Positions 25,562 to 33,460 of a stretch of DNA of 38,806 nucleotides are shown piece by piece. The stretch comes from Gemmatimonadota bacterium (GTDB taxonomy: Bacteria > Gemmatimonadota > Gemmatimonadetes > Longimicrobiales > Gaopeijiaceae). Under the pieces are notes generated by a model. The model was not told where the DNA came from. It searched no databases and saw only the letters and a program-made list of their open reading frames with translations. The stretch lies in NCBI GenBank assembly GCA_039589815.1, contig JBDHGR010000001.1, forward strand, positions 1-38,806. Direction: 5' to 3'. The translations under genes and the position numbers were made by a program. Position 1 is the stretch's first letter; every line of letters starts with the position of its first letter.

Positions 25562-26685
25562 ACCTTGATCTCTTTCTTGAACACCTTCGTGGCCAATGCC
25601 AACCCGACAACGGCAAAGACCATCATAAATGCCGCCTGCGGCCAAAGAACCCCGATCCCCACCCCTTTGAGAAGCACTCCCCGCGTCACGACCACGAAGT
25701 ACCGGGCCGGTATCAAAAAGGTGGTTCCTTGAAGGATCAGCGGCATTCCAGCGATGTCGAAAAGAAATCCTGAGAGGAGGAGAGCAGGCAAATAGGTGGC
25801 AACCATGGCCGCCTGCATGGCGAAGATCTGGGAGTCGGCCACCGACGAGATGAAGATTCCCAAGCCCAGGGCACCCACCAAAAACAGAAAGGCGAGGCCG
25901 GAAAGGAGGAGGATGCTGCCGTGAAACGGTACAGAAAAGACCAAGAAACCCACCGTCACAACCATGGCCACGTCCCAGAACCCGATGAGGAGGTACGGGA
26001 GGAGCTTCCCGAGGACAATCTCCAGGACTCGAACCGGCGTTGAGGCCAACTGCTCCATGGTCCCCCGCTCCCATTCCCGGGCGATGGTGGAGGAGGTCAA
26101 CATGGCCGCAATGATGGACATGATCACCGCGATCAGGCCCGGCACGATCATGTTCCGGCTGGCCAGGGTCTCGTTATACCAGATCCGGGTTTCGGCAGTG
26201 GCGACTTCGGGAAGGGACCGACCCCTCAGGAGGATCTGCACCGAGTGTCTCGCCACAATGGCCTCGGCATAATTCGAGGCTATGGTGGCGGTGTTGGCAT
26301 CACTACCGTCCAGGAGGAGTTGGACCGGGACTTGCTCCAACCTGGCCAGATCCCGCTCGTAACCCCTGGGGATAACCAGGACCGCCCTGACCTCGGCCAT
26401 GGATAGGGGCTCTTCCGCTTCCCGGTACGATTGCGGACGGTCGACGATGGTGAAGTACCCCGAGGCCTCGAACGCCTCGGCCAGTTCCCGGCTCCCGCGG
26501 GTCCCATCCTGATCCCAGACGGCCAACCGGATGTCCTTCACATCCCAGGAAATCGCATGACCGAAGAAGAGGACCATGAAGATGGGTAAAACGAATGCCA
26601 GGATCAGACTCCGAGTGTCTCTTCGGAGCTGGATGGCCTCCTTCCTGGCCATGGCGAGAAGCCGACCCACGTTCATCGATCTCAA
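25558..26685 (-). CDS. ABC-2 type transporter permease (YbhS/YbhR-like)
   Basis: 375 aa starting MNVGRLLAMARKEAIQLRRDTRSL..., with the same architecture as its neighbour. The start overlaps the upstream ATPase stop by 4 nt. Confidence 0.88.
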   Translation of the reverse strand: MRSMNVGRLLAMARKEAIQLRRDTRSLILAFVLPIFMVLFFGHAISWDVKDIRLAVWDQDGTRGSRELAEAFEASGYFTIVDRPQSYREAEEPLSMAEVRAVLVIPRGYERDLARLEQVPVQLLLDGSDANTATIASNYAEAIVARHSVQILLRGRSLPEVATAETRIWYNETLASRNMIVPGLIAVIMSIIAAMLTSSTIAREWERGTMEQLASTPVRVLEIVLGKLLPYLLIGFWDVAMVVTVGFLVFSVPFHGSILLLSGLAFLFLVGALGLGIFISSVADSQIFAMQAAMVATYLPALLLSGFLFDIAGMPLILQGTTFLIPARYFVVVTRGVLLKGVGIGVLWPQAAFMMVFAVVGLALATKVFKKEIKV

Positions 26686-27668
26686 CCCTCCATTGCCCCT
26701 CCCTCTTCTTGGATCAACCCCACAAAAACGTCTTCCAAGGAAGGGGAGATCTGCTCGAGAGAGGAAATGGGGACACCTTTTGAGTTCAGAATCTCCTGAA
26801 TCAGAATTGGACCCGATTGATCGTCCTCAACTACCACGTGAACTTTCCTCCCGAACATGGCAGCCTCTCGGACACCCATCACTCCCCGGAGAGCGTCCAC
26901 GGCTTTCGGGGGGACGGGAGTTCCCACCTCGATAATGGGATCCGTCATTCGGTCCCGCAGTCCTGAAGGCGTGTCCACCGCAACAACCCGTCCCCGATTC
27001 ATAAGGACCATCCGATTGCAGTACTCGGCTTCCTCCATGTAGTGGGTGCTTACGAGTATCGTGGTCCCGCCTTGGGCCAGATCGTTGATGAGGTCCCAGA
27101 ACTCTCTTCGAGCCGAGGGATCCACACCGGATGTGGGCTCATCCAGGAATAGGATGGGAGGTTCGTGAAGAACCGCACACCCCAGAGCCAACCGCTGCTT
27201 CCACCCAAGCGGGAGGCCCCCAGTAGCTCTTCCCACGTGGTTTTCAAGGCCGGCCATGCCCAGGACCCAATCCCTTCGCTCTCGGAACCGGTCTCCCGTG
27301 ACTCCATAGAGTCCGGCGAACAAGTGGATGTTCTCGTCCACGGTCAAGTCGGGATAGAGAGAGAACCGTTGCGACATGTACCCGATCCTTCGACGGACCG
27401 CCTCGCCCTCGGTACGGACATTCAGCTCCGATACCCACGCATCCCCGGCCGTGAGAGGGAGAATGCCGATAAGCATGCGGATCGTTGTAGTCTTCCCAGC
27501 ACCGTTGGGTCCCAAAAACCCGAAGATCTCCGCTTCCGCCACCTGGAAGGTCACTCGGTCCACGGCCGTGAAATCACCGAATTTCCGAGTGAGATCCCGG
27601 ACTCTTATGGCCTGGACCCGGGGCGTGACCCGTCCGCCCGTTCCTTGCCCTCCGGCAGCCTCAGGCAC
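26682..27668 (-). CDS. ABC transporter ATP-binding protein (second NBD; deviant signature motif)
   Basis: Walker A GPNGAGKTT, Q-loop YMSQRF, Walker B ILFLDEPTSGVD and H-loop VSTHYMEEAE. The signature position reads LPLGWKQR instead of LSGGxxQR. The start is a GTG. Confidence 0.9.
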   Translation of the reverse strand: MPEAAGGQGTGGRVTPRVQAIRVRDLTRKFGDFTAVDRVTFQVAEAEIFGFLGPNGAGKTTTIRMLIGILPLTAGDAWVSELNVRTEGEAVRRRIGYMSQRFSLYPDLTVDENIHLFAGLYGVTGDRFRERRDWVLGMAGLENHVGRATGGLPLGWKQRLALGCAVLHEPPILFLDEPTSGVDPSARREFWDLINDLAQGGTTILVSTHYMEEAEYCNRMVLMNRGRVVAVDTPSGLRDRMTDPIIEVGTPVPPKAVDALRGVMGVREAAMFGRKVHVVVEDDQSGPILIQEILNSKGVPISSLEQISPSLEDVFVGLIQEEGGAMEG

Positions 27669-28599
27669 CGACGGCTACCCCTTCACGAACCAGGTGGAGG
27701 AACACATCCTCCAACGACGGTTCCACTATTTCAATGGAGGTGGGTTCCATCCCGGCATCTGTAAGGCTTTTGGCCAACCGATCCCTTCCTTCAGGACCGT
27801 CTCCCAAAAGAGCATGAACGGAGTTGCCGAAGAGGGCAGTGCTCATGACCCCCGGGAGGGTGCGAATGAGGTCTCGAGCCTGCCGGGAATTCGCGGTCTG
27901 TACCGACGCCAACTCCCCCGGCAAGAGGGTCAGAAGGCGAGTGGGAGTATCCAGGGCGAGGACCTTCCCCTCGTTGAGCAGGGCAACCCGATCACATCGC
28001 TCTGCCTCGTCCAGGTAAGACGTGCTCACGAGGACCGTCACCCCCTCTTCGACCATTTCGTGCAGGATGAGCCAAAGATCCCTTCGGGAGATCGGATCCA
28101 CTCCGAACGTGGGTTCATCAAGAAGAAGAACCTTCGGGTGATGGATCAGGGCACAGCATAAGGAGAGCTTCTGTTTCATCCCTCCGGAGAGGTTTCCCGC
28201 CAACCGATCCTGGAAGGGCCCGAGGTTGGAAAACGCAAAAAGGCGTTCCATCCGTGACGGGCGTTCGGGTTTGGGCACCCGATAGAGGTCGGCGTAGAAG
28301 TCGATGTTCTCCCCGACCGTCAGATCCTGGTACAGGCCGAATTGTTGGGACATGTAAGCGATAAGAGGTTTCACGCCCTCGGGATCCGTCGCCACATCGA
28401 TTCCGTGAATGATCCCATGGCCGGCGGATGGGGCGAGAACTCCAGAAAGCATCCTGAGTGTCGTGGTCTTCCCGGCACCGTCCGGCCCCACGATCCCGAA
28501 TAACTCCCCGGCTTTCACCTTCAGAGTCAATCCCTCCAAGGCGACCTGGTCCCCAAAACGCCGGGCCAGGCCATCCAGGGTTATGGCCGGTTCAGACAC
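27661..28599 (-). CDS. ABC transporter ATP-binding protein (first NBD; switch His replaced by Ser)
   Basis: Walker A GPDGAGKTT, Q-loop YMSQQF, signature LSGGMKQK and Walker B VLLLDEPTFGVD. The H-loop position reads VSTSYLDEAE. The start is a GTG. Confidence 0.9.
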   Translation of the reverse strand: MSEPAITLDGLARRFGDQVALEGLTLKVKAGELFGIVGPDGAGKTTTLRMLSGVLAPSAGHGIIHGIDVATDPEGVKPLIAYMSQQFGLYQDLTVGENIDFYADLYRVPKPERPSRMERLFAFSNLGPFQDRLAGNLSGGMKQKLSLCCALIHHPKVLLLDEPTFGVDPISRRDLWLILHEMVEEGVTVLVSTSYLDEAERCDRVALLNEGKVLALDTPTRLLTLLPGELASVQTANSRQARDLIRTLPGVMSTALFGNSVHALLGDGPEGRDRLAKSLTDAGMEPTSIEIVEPSLEDVFLHLVREGVAVGA

Positions 28600-29590
28600 C
28601 GGGCTGCCCCGTCCCAGTCAGGACCACGTCGGCGGGGATTCCCGGCTTCAGGTCGTGGGAAAGGTCTCCGGTGATCCTCACTTTTACGGCGTACACCAGC
28701 TTCACCCTCTCCTCAGTGGTCTGCACGTTTCTCGGGGTAAACTCGGCTTCGTTAGCGATGAAGATGACCTTTCCGTCGTAACTGCGATCGGGATAGGTGT
28801 CCGAGGAGATGGTAGCGGCCTGGCCTACGCTGACCTCTCCGATCCGGTCCTCTCGAACGTAGATCCGGACCCAACGGTCTTCCGGATCCATCAGTGTCAG
28901 TACGGGAATCCCCGGCGACACGGTCTCCCCTGGCTGCCGGTGCCGCACCGTGATGAGGCCCGGGAAGGGAACCGTCACCACTGCGTTGAGTAGGGCCGCA
29001 TCGATCTGGGCGATTGCCGCATCCCCTTGCGCAACTGCAGCCCGCTGTGCCGCGATCCGTTCGGACCGAACGCCTTCTTCCAGGATCCGGACCCGTTGAC
29101 CCGCCTGATCCACGGCAGCCTCTGTCACCCGGAATTCCGTGACAGCCTTATCCAAGACTTCCTGACTTATGCTCCCGCCGTCGAACAACCGCTGGGCCCG
29201 GTCACGATCCCGCCGGGCATCGTCCCGCCGCTCCTCCGCTTGCCGCAAGGCTGCCTTACCCTCCCCGATCTCCTCCTCCCGAAACCCAGTCTCCATCTCA
29301 GCCAGGAGGGCTCGTGCACCGTCTCGTTGAGCCTGAGCCGATGTCCGTCTGGCCAGAAGTTCCTCCCGACGGAGGACCGCCACCTCCTGCCCGGTCTCAA
29401 CCGCATCCCCTTCCCGAACCAGGATGGACTCGATTCGCCCGGCCAGTTGGAACCCCAGGTCGGCGTCCGTGGCTTCCACGGTCCCGGATGCTCGGATTTC
29501 CCCGGAATCCCCTTCCCCACAGGATGTCAGGACGGAAACCACACCCACCAGCGTTAGTGTAATTGGCAGGCACCGCATGCCGCGTCTCAT
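28592..29590 (-). CDS. HlyD-family membrane fusion (periplasmic adaptor) protein, predicted lipoprotein
   Basis: 332 aa. The signal MRRGMRCLPITLTLVGVVSVLTSC has the lipobox LTSC. A long coiled-coil segment is rich in A/R/E/Q. Barrel-sandwich motifs flank it (VREGDAVETGQEVAVL ... GIPADVVL). Confidence 0.9.
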   Translation of the reverse strand: MRRGMRCLPITLTLVGVVSVLTSCGEGDSGEIRASGTVEATDADLGFQLAGRIESILVREGDAVETGQEVAVLRREELLARRTSAQAQRDGARALLAEMETGFREEEIGEGKAALRQAEERRDDARRDRDRAQRLFDGGSISQEVLDKAVTEFRVTEAAVDQAGQRVRILEEGVRSERIAAQRAAVAQGDAAIAQIDAALLNAVVTVPFPGLITVRHRQPGETVSPGIPVLTLMDPEDRWVRIYVREDRIGEVSVGQAATISSDTYPDRSYDGKVIFIANEAEFTPRNVQTTEERVKLVYAVKVRITGDLSHDLKPGIPADVVLTGTGQPGV

Positions 29591-30957
29591 CGCACCACCT
29601 CCATGTGTTCCTGAACCCAGCTCAATGTCAGATCACCCATGACCCGGGCGAGGTAAACCCCCGCCAGCACTTCTCCATGTCGGGCCTCTGCCAACGCGGC
29701 CCTGGACTGGAAAAGCTCAGCCTGAGCTCGAAGGAAATCGGTCTGAACACCTGCACCCACCTCCAAGGCCAGAACTTCGATGCGGGCCACCTCCTCGGCC
29801 TGTTCCACTGCTCGCTCCAGGGCCTCCCGCCGGGCTCCGGTTTCCAATACCGAAGCCAGCGCTTCCTCCACCCCTTCTTCCACAGCAAGCTCGACTCGAC
29901 GAAGAGCCTCGGAGGCCCGTCTTTCCTCTGCAACAGCCCTGTCACGCTCCCCCTCTCTGGCACCCCCGGTGAACAGGGGATACGAGAATCGGAGGGTCCC
30001 CTGCCACTCCTGTGTATGTCCTCCTTCCAAAGCTCCGAAATCCGCGTAGGCGCCGGCGATCTGGATACTGGGGAAGAAGTTGGCTTCGGCTTCCCGGACT
30101 CCTGAGGCCGCTCCCGCAAGCTGTTGCCTCGCCAGAGACAGATCGGGGTTGGCCTCCATTGCCTTTTCCATGGCCTGGGGCGCCCCTTGTGCGGGTAGGC
30201 TTCCGAGCTTGACGCCGGTCAAAGTCTGGCCTCGAATCTCCGCTGAGCTCAGTCCGGTAAGACGGGCCAACCTTCCTTGGGCCACACCCAACCTCGAGCG
30301 AACGGAGATCTGCACCGCTTCGGCCTGGCTCAAGGTGGCCTGGACCCTGAGGAGGTCGACGCGTGCTGCTTTTCCTTCGGCCAGGAACTGACTGACCCGC
30401 TCCTTCTCCGCCTCCAGGGCCTCCCGCTGCCTCACGGCCGCATCCAGGAGCTCGACGGACGAGAGCACGCCCACGTAGGCTGCGGTGACTCGGGCTGTAA
30501 TGTCCATCTGAGAGGCCGTGTGCCCGGCCGATGCCATGGCTTCTCCGGCCTCCGCCCTGCCAATTCGAGCTCCCCGGGCCCCTCCATCGTAGAGGGAGTA
30601 GCTCAGAGTCAGATTCCCCCTCACCAGCTTGCGGTCGAATGAGGGCGCCATGGTCGGGTCGAAGCCGTGTAGAGGCTCGACGAGCATGGGTTCCTGATGC
30701 CGGGCCACGGACGCGTCGGAAAGAACCGATGGGAGAAGCGACGCCCTCGCCTGGCTCAACACTCCCGCCGCGGCTTCCCGTCGTGCCCTCGTTTCCCCGA
30801 TGGCCGGATGGTATTCCAGGGCCATCCGGATGGCTCCAGGGAGGGTGAGAGCCTCCAGAGCCGTTGCGACGGACCCAGGAGCTTCTTGCCCAGCCAACCC
30901 CACCGGCAACAGGGCCAGAGAAAGGACCCAGGAAATGGGTCGTCTTCGAGCGCTCAT
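29587..30957 (-). CDS. TolC-family outer membrane efflux protein
   Basis: 456 aa with signal MSARRRPISWVLSLALLPVGLAGQ. It has the two-fold repeat structure with LTLxxAxxxAL, SYSLYDGG and RFSYPLFTGG motifs typical of OEP/TolC. GGAGGAA sits upstream of the ATG. Confidence 0.9.
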   Translation of the reverse strand: MSARRRPISWVLSLALLPVGLAGQEAPGSVATALEALTLPGAIRMALEYHPAIGETRARREAAAGVLSQARASLLPSVLSDASVARHQEPMLVEPLHGFDPTMAPSFDRKLVRGNLTLSYSLYDGGARGARIGRAEAGEAMASAGHTASQMDITARVTAAYVGVLSSVELLDAAVRQREALEAEKERVSQFLAEGKAARVDLLRVQATLSQAEAVQISVRSRLGVAQGRLARLTGLSSAEIRGQTLTGVKLGSLPAQGAPQAMEKAMEANPDLSLARQQLAGAASGVREAEANFFPSIQIAGAYADFGALEGGHTQEWQGTLRFSYPLFTGGAREGERDRAVAEERRASEALRRVELAVEEGVEEALASVLETGARREALERAVEQAEEVARIEVLALEVGAGVQTDFLRAQAELFQSRAALAEARHGEVLAGVYLARVMGDLTLSWVQEHMEVVR

Positions 30958-31637
30958 TCGGATTCCTCCTGGGAAACGAAAAAGGCCGTCCGGAGAAAGG
31001 CCAAGACATGACTCTCCGCCGAGTCCCGAGGTTGGGGAAGTTCGGCGGCCCGGAGATCCTCTCGCTTCAAGAATCTCGGCATCAGTGACAGGTAGATGGG
31101 CTGGGAAAGCAGGGTGAGGGCCATCAAGACCGTGTCGCCCGGGACGATGGTGCCTTGTTCCTGACCCTCCTGCATGATTTGAGAGAGGGCCCCCACAACC
31201 GTCCGAACCGTTTTCAGAACCTCCGGTGAGGGATGTTCCCCGAGAACGATCTCCTGCGCCATGAAACGCGGGAGATCCTTGTGTTCTCTTTGATGATGAA
31301 ACATGACTCGAACGAAGAGTTCCAGGCGTGCCGGAGCCGGAAGGGGCGCTTCCAGCAGTTTGGCGACACCGTCCCTGACAGGCCCGAACACCTGGTTCAG
31401 GACTGCATGATAGAGCCCTTCCTTTGTCTCGAAATGGTAGGTGACAGCCCCTAGGTTGGCGTTGGCTTCCGCGGTCAGGGTCCGGATCGAAGTGCCATCG
31501 AACCCACCTGTTGCGAAGAGGCGGCGCCCCACCTCCAGGAGGCGGCCGGCCGTTTCGGAGGGCGGCACCTTCCAGGCTTTCGCCCCAATTTCCGATGCCG
31601 GGGGGTTGATTATTGGATCCGGGCTTGAGTCATTCAT
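30954..31637 (-). CDS. TetR/AcrR family transcriptional regulator (CecR/YbiH-like position)
   Basis: HTH region RLLEVGRRLFATGGFDGTSIRTLTAEANANLGAVTYHFETKEGLY. The track start is GTG 31664. I prefer ATG 31637 because a TTGACA-17-TATTCA promoter and a palindromic operator lie between 31632 and 31675 (see the next feature). Confidence 0.85.
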   Translation of the reverse strand: MNDSSPDPIINPPASEIGAKAWKVPPSETAGRLLEVGRRLFATGGFDGTSIRTLTAEANANLGAVTYHFETKEGLYHAVLNQVFGPVRDGVAKLLEAPLPAPARLELFVRVMFHHQREHKDLPRFMAQEIVLGEHPSPEVLKTVRTVVGALSQIMQEGQEQGTIVPGDTVLMALTLLSQPIYLSLMPRFLKREDLRAAELPQPRDSAESHVLAFLRTAFFVSQEESE

Positions 31638-31651
31638 ACGTTTGTATGAAT
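31632..31651. promoter_or_regulatory. Perfect 8-4-8 palindrome ATTCATAC-gttt-GTATGAAT, a candidate TetR operator overlapping the tetR start codon
   Basis: Read directly from the sequence. On the minus strand it follows TTGACA (31675-31670), a 17-nt spacer and TATTCA (31652-31647). The ATG at 31637 lies inside the palindrome. Confidence 0.55.
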
Positions 31652-31698
31652 ACCCGGAGTCCACCTAGCTGTCAACGTTTCCGACAAAGGAGGGTGAA

Positions 31699-32226
31699 TC
31701 AGTCCAGCTTCTGGGCCTTCAGAACCTCAGCCGTGAGTTGGCTGCCCTCGGAGGACCGGGTGAGCTTGGAAAGATCTCCTGCCGTTCGCCAACCACCCAC
31801 ACCGAGAAGAAGGAGAGCCACAAAACCCGTCAGGTGTTTGAGTGCTGCCAGCACCGCACCAGCTTGAAAGGCCGGAAGACGCTCCTCGGGCGTCACGCTT
31901 CTTAGCTGGATGACATCCAAAGGGAAGAGGACCAGCACAATGAGGAGAACCAGGGCCCCGAGAAGACAGAGAACGGAGAACAGGCGAAGGCTTTTTCCAT
32001 GGCCCAGAACGAACGCCAGGCCCATAGCCAGAACCAGGGCCAGGGTAGGTGTATGAAGGTAGGCGGACATTAGTCCCAAGACGCCGTATCGCCACTGCAG
32101 GTTCCCCGGTTGAAGGGGCCAAACCGAGGAGACCAGGTCCGCCATGGGCCAGAAAACCAGGATCAACATGAAAAGATAGGCCCCGGCGATTCCCAGAGCG
32201 GACGGTCGGATCGTTCCCTGACTCAT
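31699..32226 (-). CDS. Small integral membrane protein (about 4 TM helices), unknown function
   Basis: 175-aa ORF with four clear hydrophobic segments (GIAGAYLFMLILVFWP, TLALVLAMGLAFVLG, FSVLCLLGALVLLIVLVLFP, FVALLLLGVGGW). I recognise no family. Confidence 0.65.
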   Translation of the reverse strand: MSQGTIRPSALGIAGAYLFMLILVFWPMADLVSSVWPLQPGNLQWRYGVLGLMSAYLHTPTLALVLAMGLAFVLGHGKSLRLFSVLCLLGALVLLIVLVLFPLDVIQLRSVTPEERLPAFQAGAVLAALKHLTGFVALLLLGVGGWRTAGDLSKLTRSSEGSQLTAEVLKAQKLD

Positions 32227-32270
32227 ACCCGAAACCTTTTTGGGGTGGAGAGAGCGCCCTCAACAAGGAT

Positions 32271-32311
32271 GAATATAAGAAGCCGAGCCCCCAAGAGGAG
32301 GCCCGGCTTCC
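32271..32311 (-). terminator. Intrinsic terminator candidate after the PEP-CTERM gene
   Basis: The minus strand reads GAAGCCGGGCC-tcctcttg-GGGCTCGGCTTC followed by TTATATTC. The stem is 11-12 bp with one mismatch. It begins about 30 nt after the stop at 32340. Confidence 0.55.
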
Positions 32312-32339
32312 AAAGCAGCGCGCAGGCGGTTCCAGATCC

Positions 32340-33080
32340 TCAGACGTAACCCTGCTCCTTCAGGCGCCGGCGTCCGACGAAGACCAGGAGAATCAAACCA
32401 GACGCCACCAGAAGAAAAGCCTGGGGCTCAGGTGAGACGGTCGGATCTTGAACCAGGAACTCCTGGCTGTCCTGGATCCTGAAATCCTCCACACTCTGGG
32501 TGGTCAAAACGGACCACTCACCGTAGTCGGCGTAGCTCCCATAATTGGCGATGGCGTAATCCCGGAAATCCGTCCAGTACGGATCCCCCGTGTAGGGGCC
32601 CCCACCAGTGGTGAAATACCAGATAGCCGCGTGAATTCCCGAGAAGGCCTGTGCCTGGTTCAGTCCCGCGAACTGAGCCACGCTCGTATAGGTGGAGAAC
32701 ATGGAGGAAAGGAAGGCGGCTTTTTTATAGGCCTCCAGCCCGCTGGCCCCCAATCTCGTTCCACTGACATCTCCACCACCCAGATTCGATACCCCTGCAT
32801 TGATGACCTTGTTGGTCAAGGCGTAGTGCGTGAAATCCACGCAGTAGAGGGAGATCGGAACATTCGTAGGGTCGGACCCGATCTTCATGAGCGTCCCCTC
32901 ATACGGGCCCACGTAAACCGAGTTCCAGGAGGCCACTATGAAGTTCCCGGGATAATTGTAGGCGTACTGCACCGTCCCCGGGTAAGGGAGGGGAGGAGAA
33001 AGGTTCGGCGTGTAATCCTGCCCCTGAACCGGCTGAACCAGCAAGAGCAGTCCGAATAAGATGATTCCAAGCTTTTTCAT
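32340..33080 (-). CDS. PEP-CTERM sorting-domain surface protein
   Basis: ATG 33080 gives the signal peptide MKKLGIILFGLLLLVQPVQGQ (the track starts at 33179). The C-terminus VSPEPQAFLLVASGLILLVFVGRRRLK shows the PEP motif, a TM helix and an Arg cluster. Confidence 0.85.
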   Translation of the reverse strand: MKKLGIILFGLLLLVQPVQGQDYTPNLSPPLPYPGTVQYAYNYPGNFIVASWNSVYVGPYEGTLMKIGSDPTNVPISLYCVDFTHYALTNKVINAGVSNLGGGDVSGTRLGASGLEAYKKAAFLSSMFSTYTSVAQFAGLNQAQAFSGIHAAIWYFTTGGGPYTGDPYWTDFRDYAIANYGSYADYGEWSVLTTQSVEDFRIQDSQEFLVQDPTVSPEPQAFLLVASGLILLVFVGRRRLKEQGYV

Positions 33081-33142
33081 GGTTTTTCCGTTCTGTCCGC
33101 CTGCGACGGCGTGAAGTACATGCTTCAACGAACGGAAAACTT

Positions 33143-33158
33143 TGCAAGGCACGTGCCC
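33143..33158 (-). promoter_or_regulatory. Sigma-54 (RpoN) promoter candidate for the PEP-CTERM gene
   Basis: The minus strand reads GGGCACG-tgcc-TTGCA, against the consensus TGGCACG-N4-TTGCW. The invariant GG and GC have the exact 10-nt spacing. The start codon lies 62 nt downstream of TTGCA. An AT-rich patch (33221-33255) sits about 70-100 nt upstream. Confidence 0.6.
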
Positions 33159-33460
33159 CGTTGGCACGGCCCCGTTCAAAGGTATAGAGGACCTCAGAGA
33201 CCGCTCTTCGAGCGCCCCTGTTTCAATCCTAAATTATTACTGATTAACCACTTAGACAGGTACACTCTGCCTCGGGACCACTCCTCGACCGGCAAACATT
33301 CCAAGAAAGGGGACGGCAGGGCACTTTTTTTCCTGTTGCGGGGGCGCCACTGTACGTCTCAAAACTGCTGCGAGTCGGTTTGTTCTGGGAATTCGGGGCG
33401 GTTCCGCACCCCTGAAAGCCAATAAAGACGATGGTTCTGGGGTGGGAACGGCCGGTTCCA

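Noticed and set aside
31699-32226. The 175-aa membrane protein as a possible miniature exosortase for the adjacent PEP-CTERM protein.
   Set aside because: It has only about 4 TM helices. Its single Cys is in a VLCLLG context and not the exosortase CSG-type motif. I could find no conserved Arg/His arrangement.
33077-33121. 14-codon upstream ORF (MYFTPSQADRTEKP) whose TGA overlaps the PEP-CTERM start codon (ATGA).
   Set aside because: It has no RBS and I cannot assess its conservation. Such short frames arise by chance. It is noted only because of the overlap geometry.
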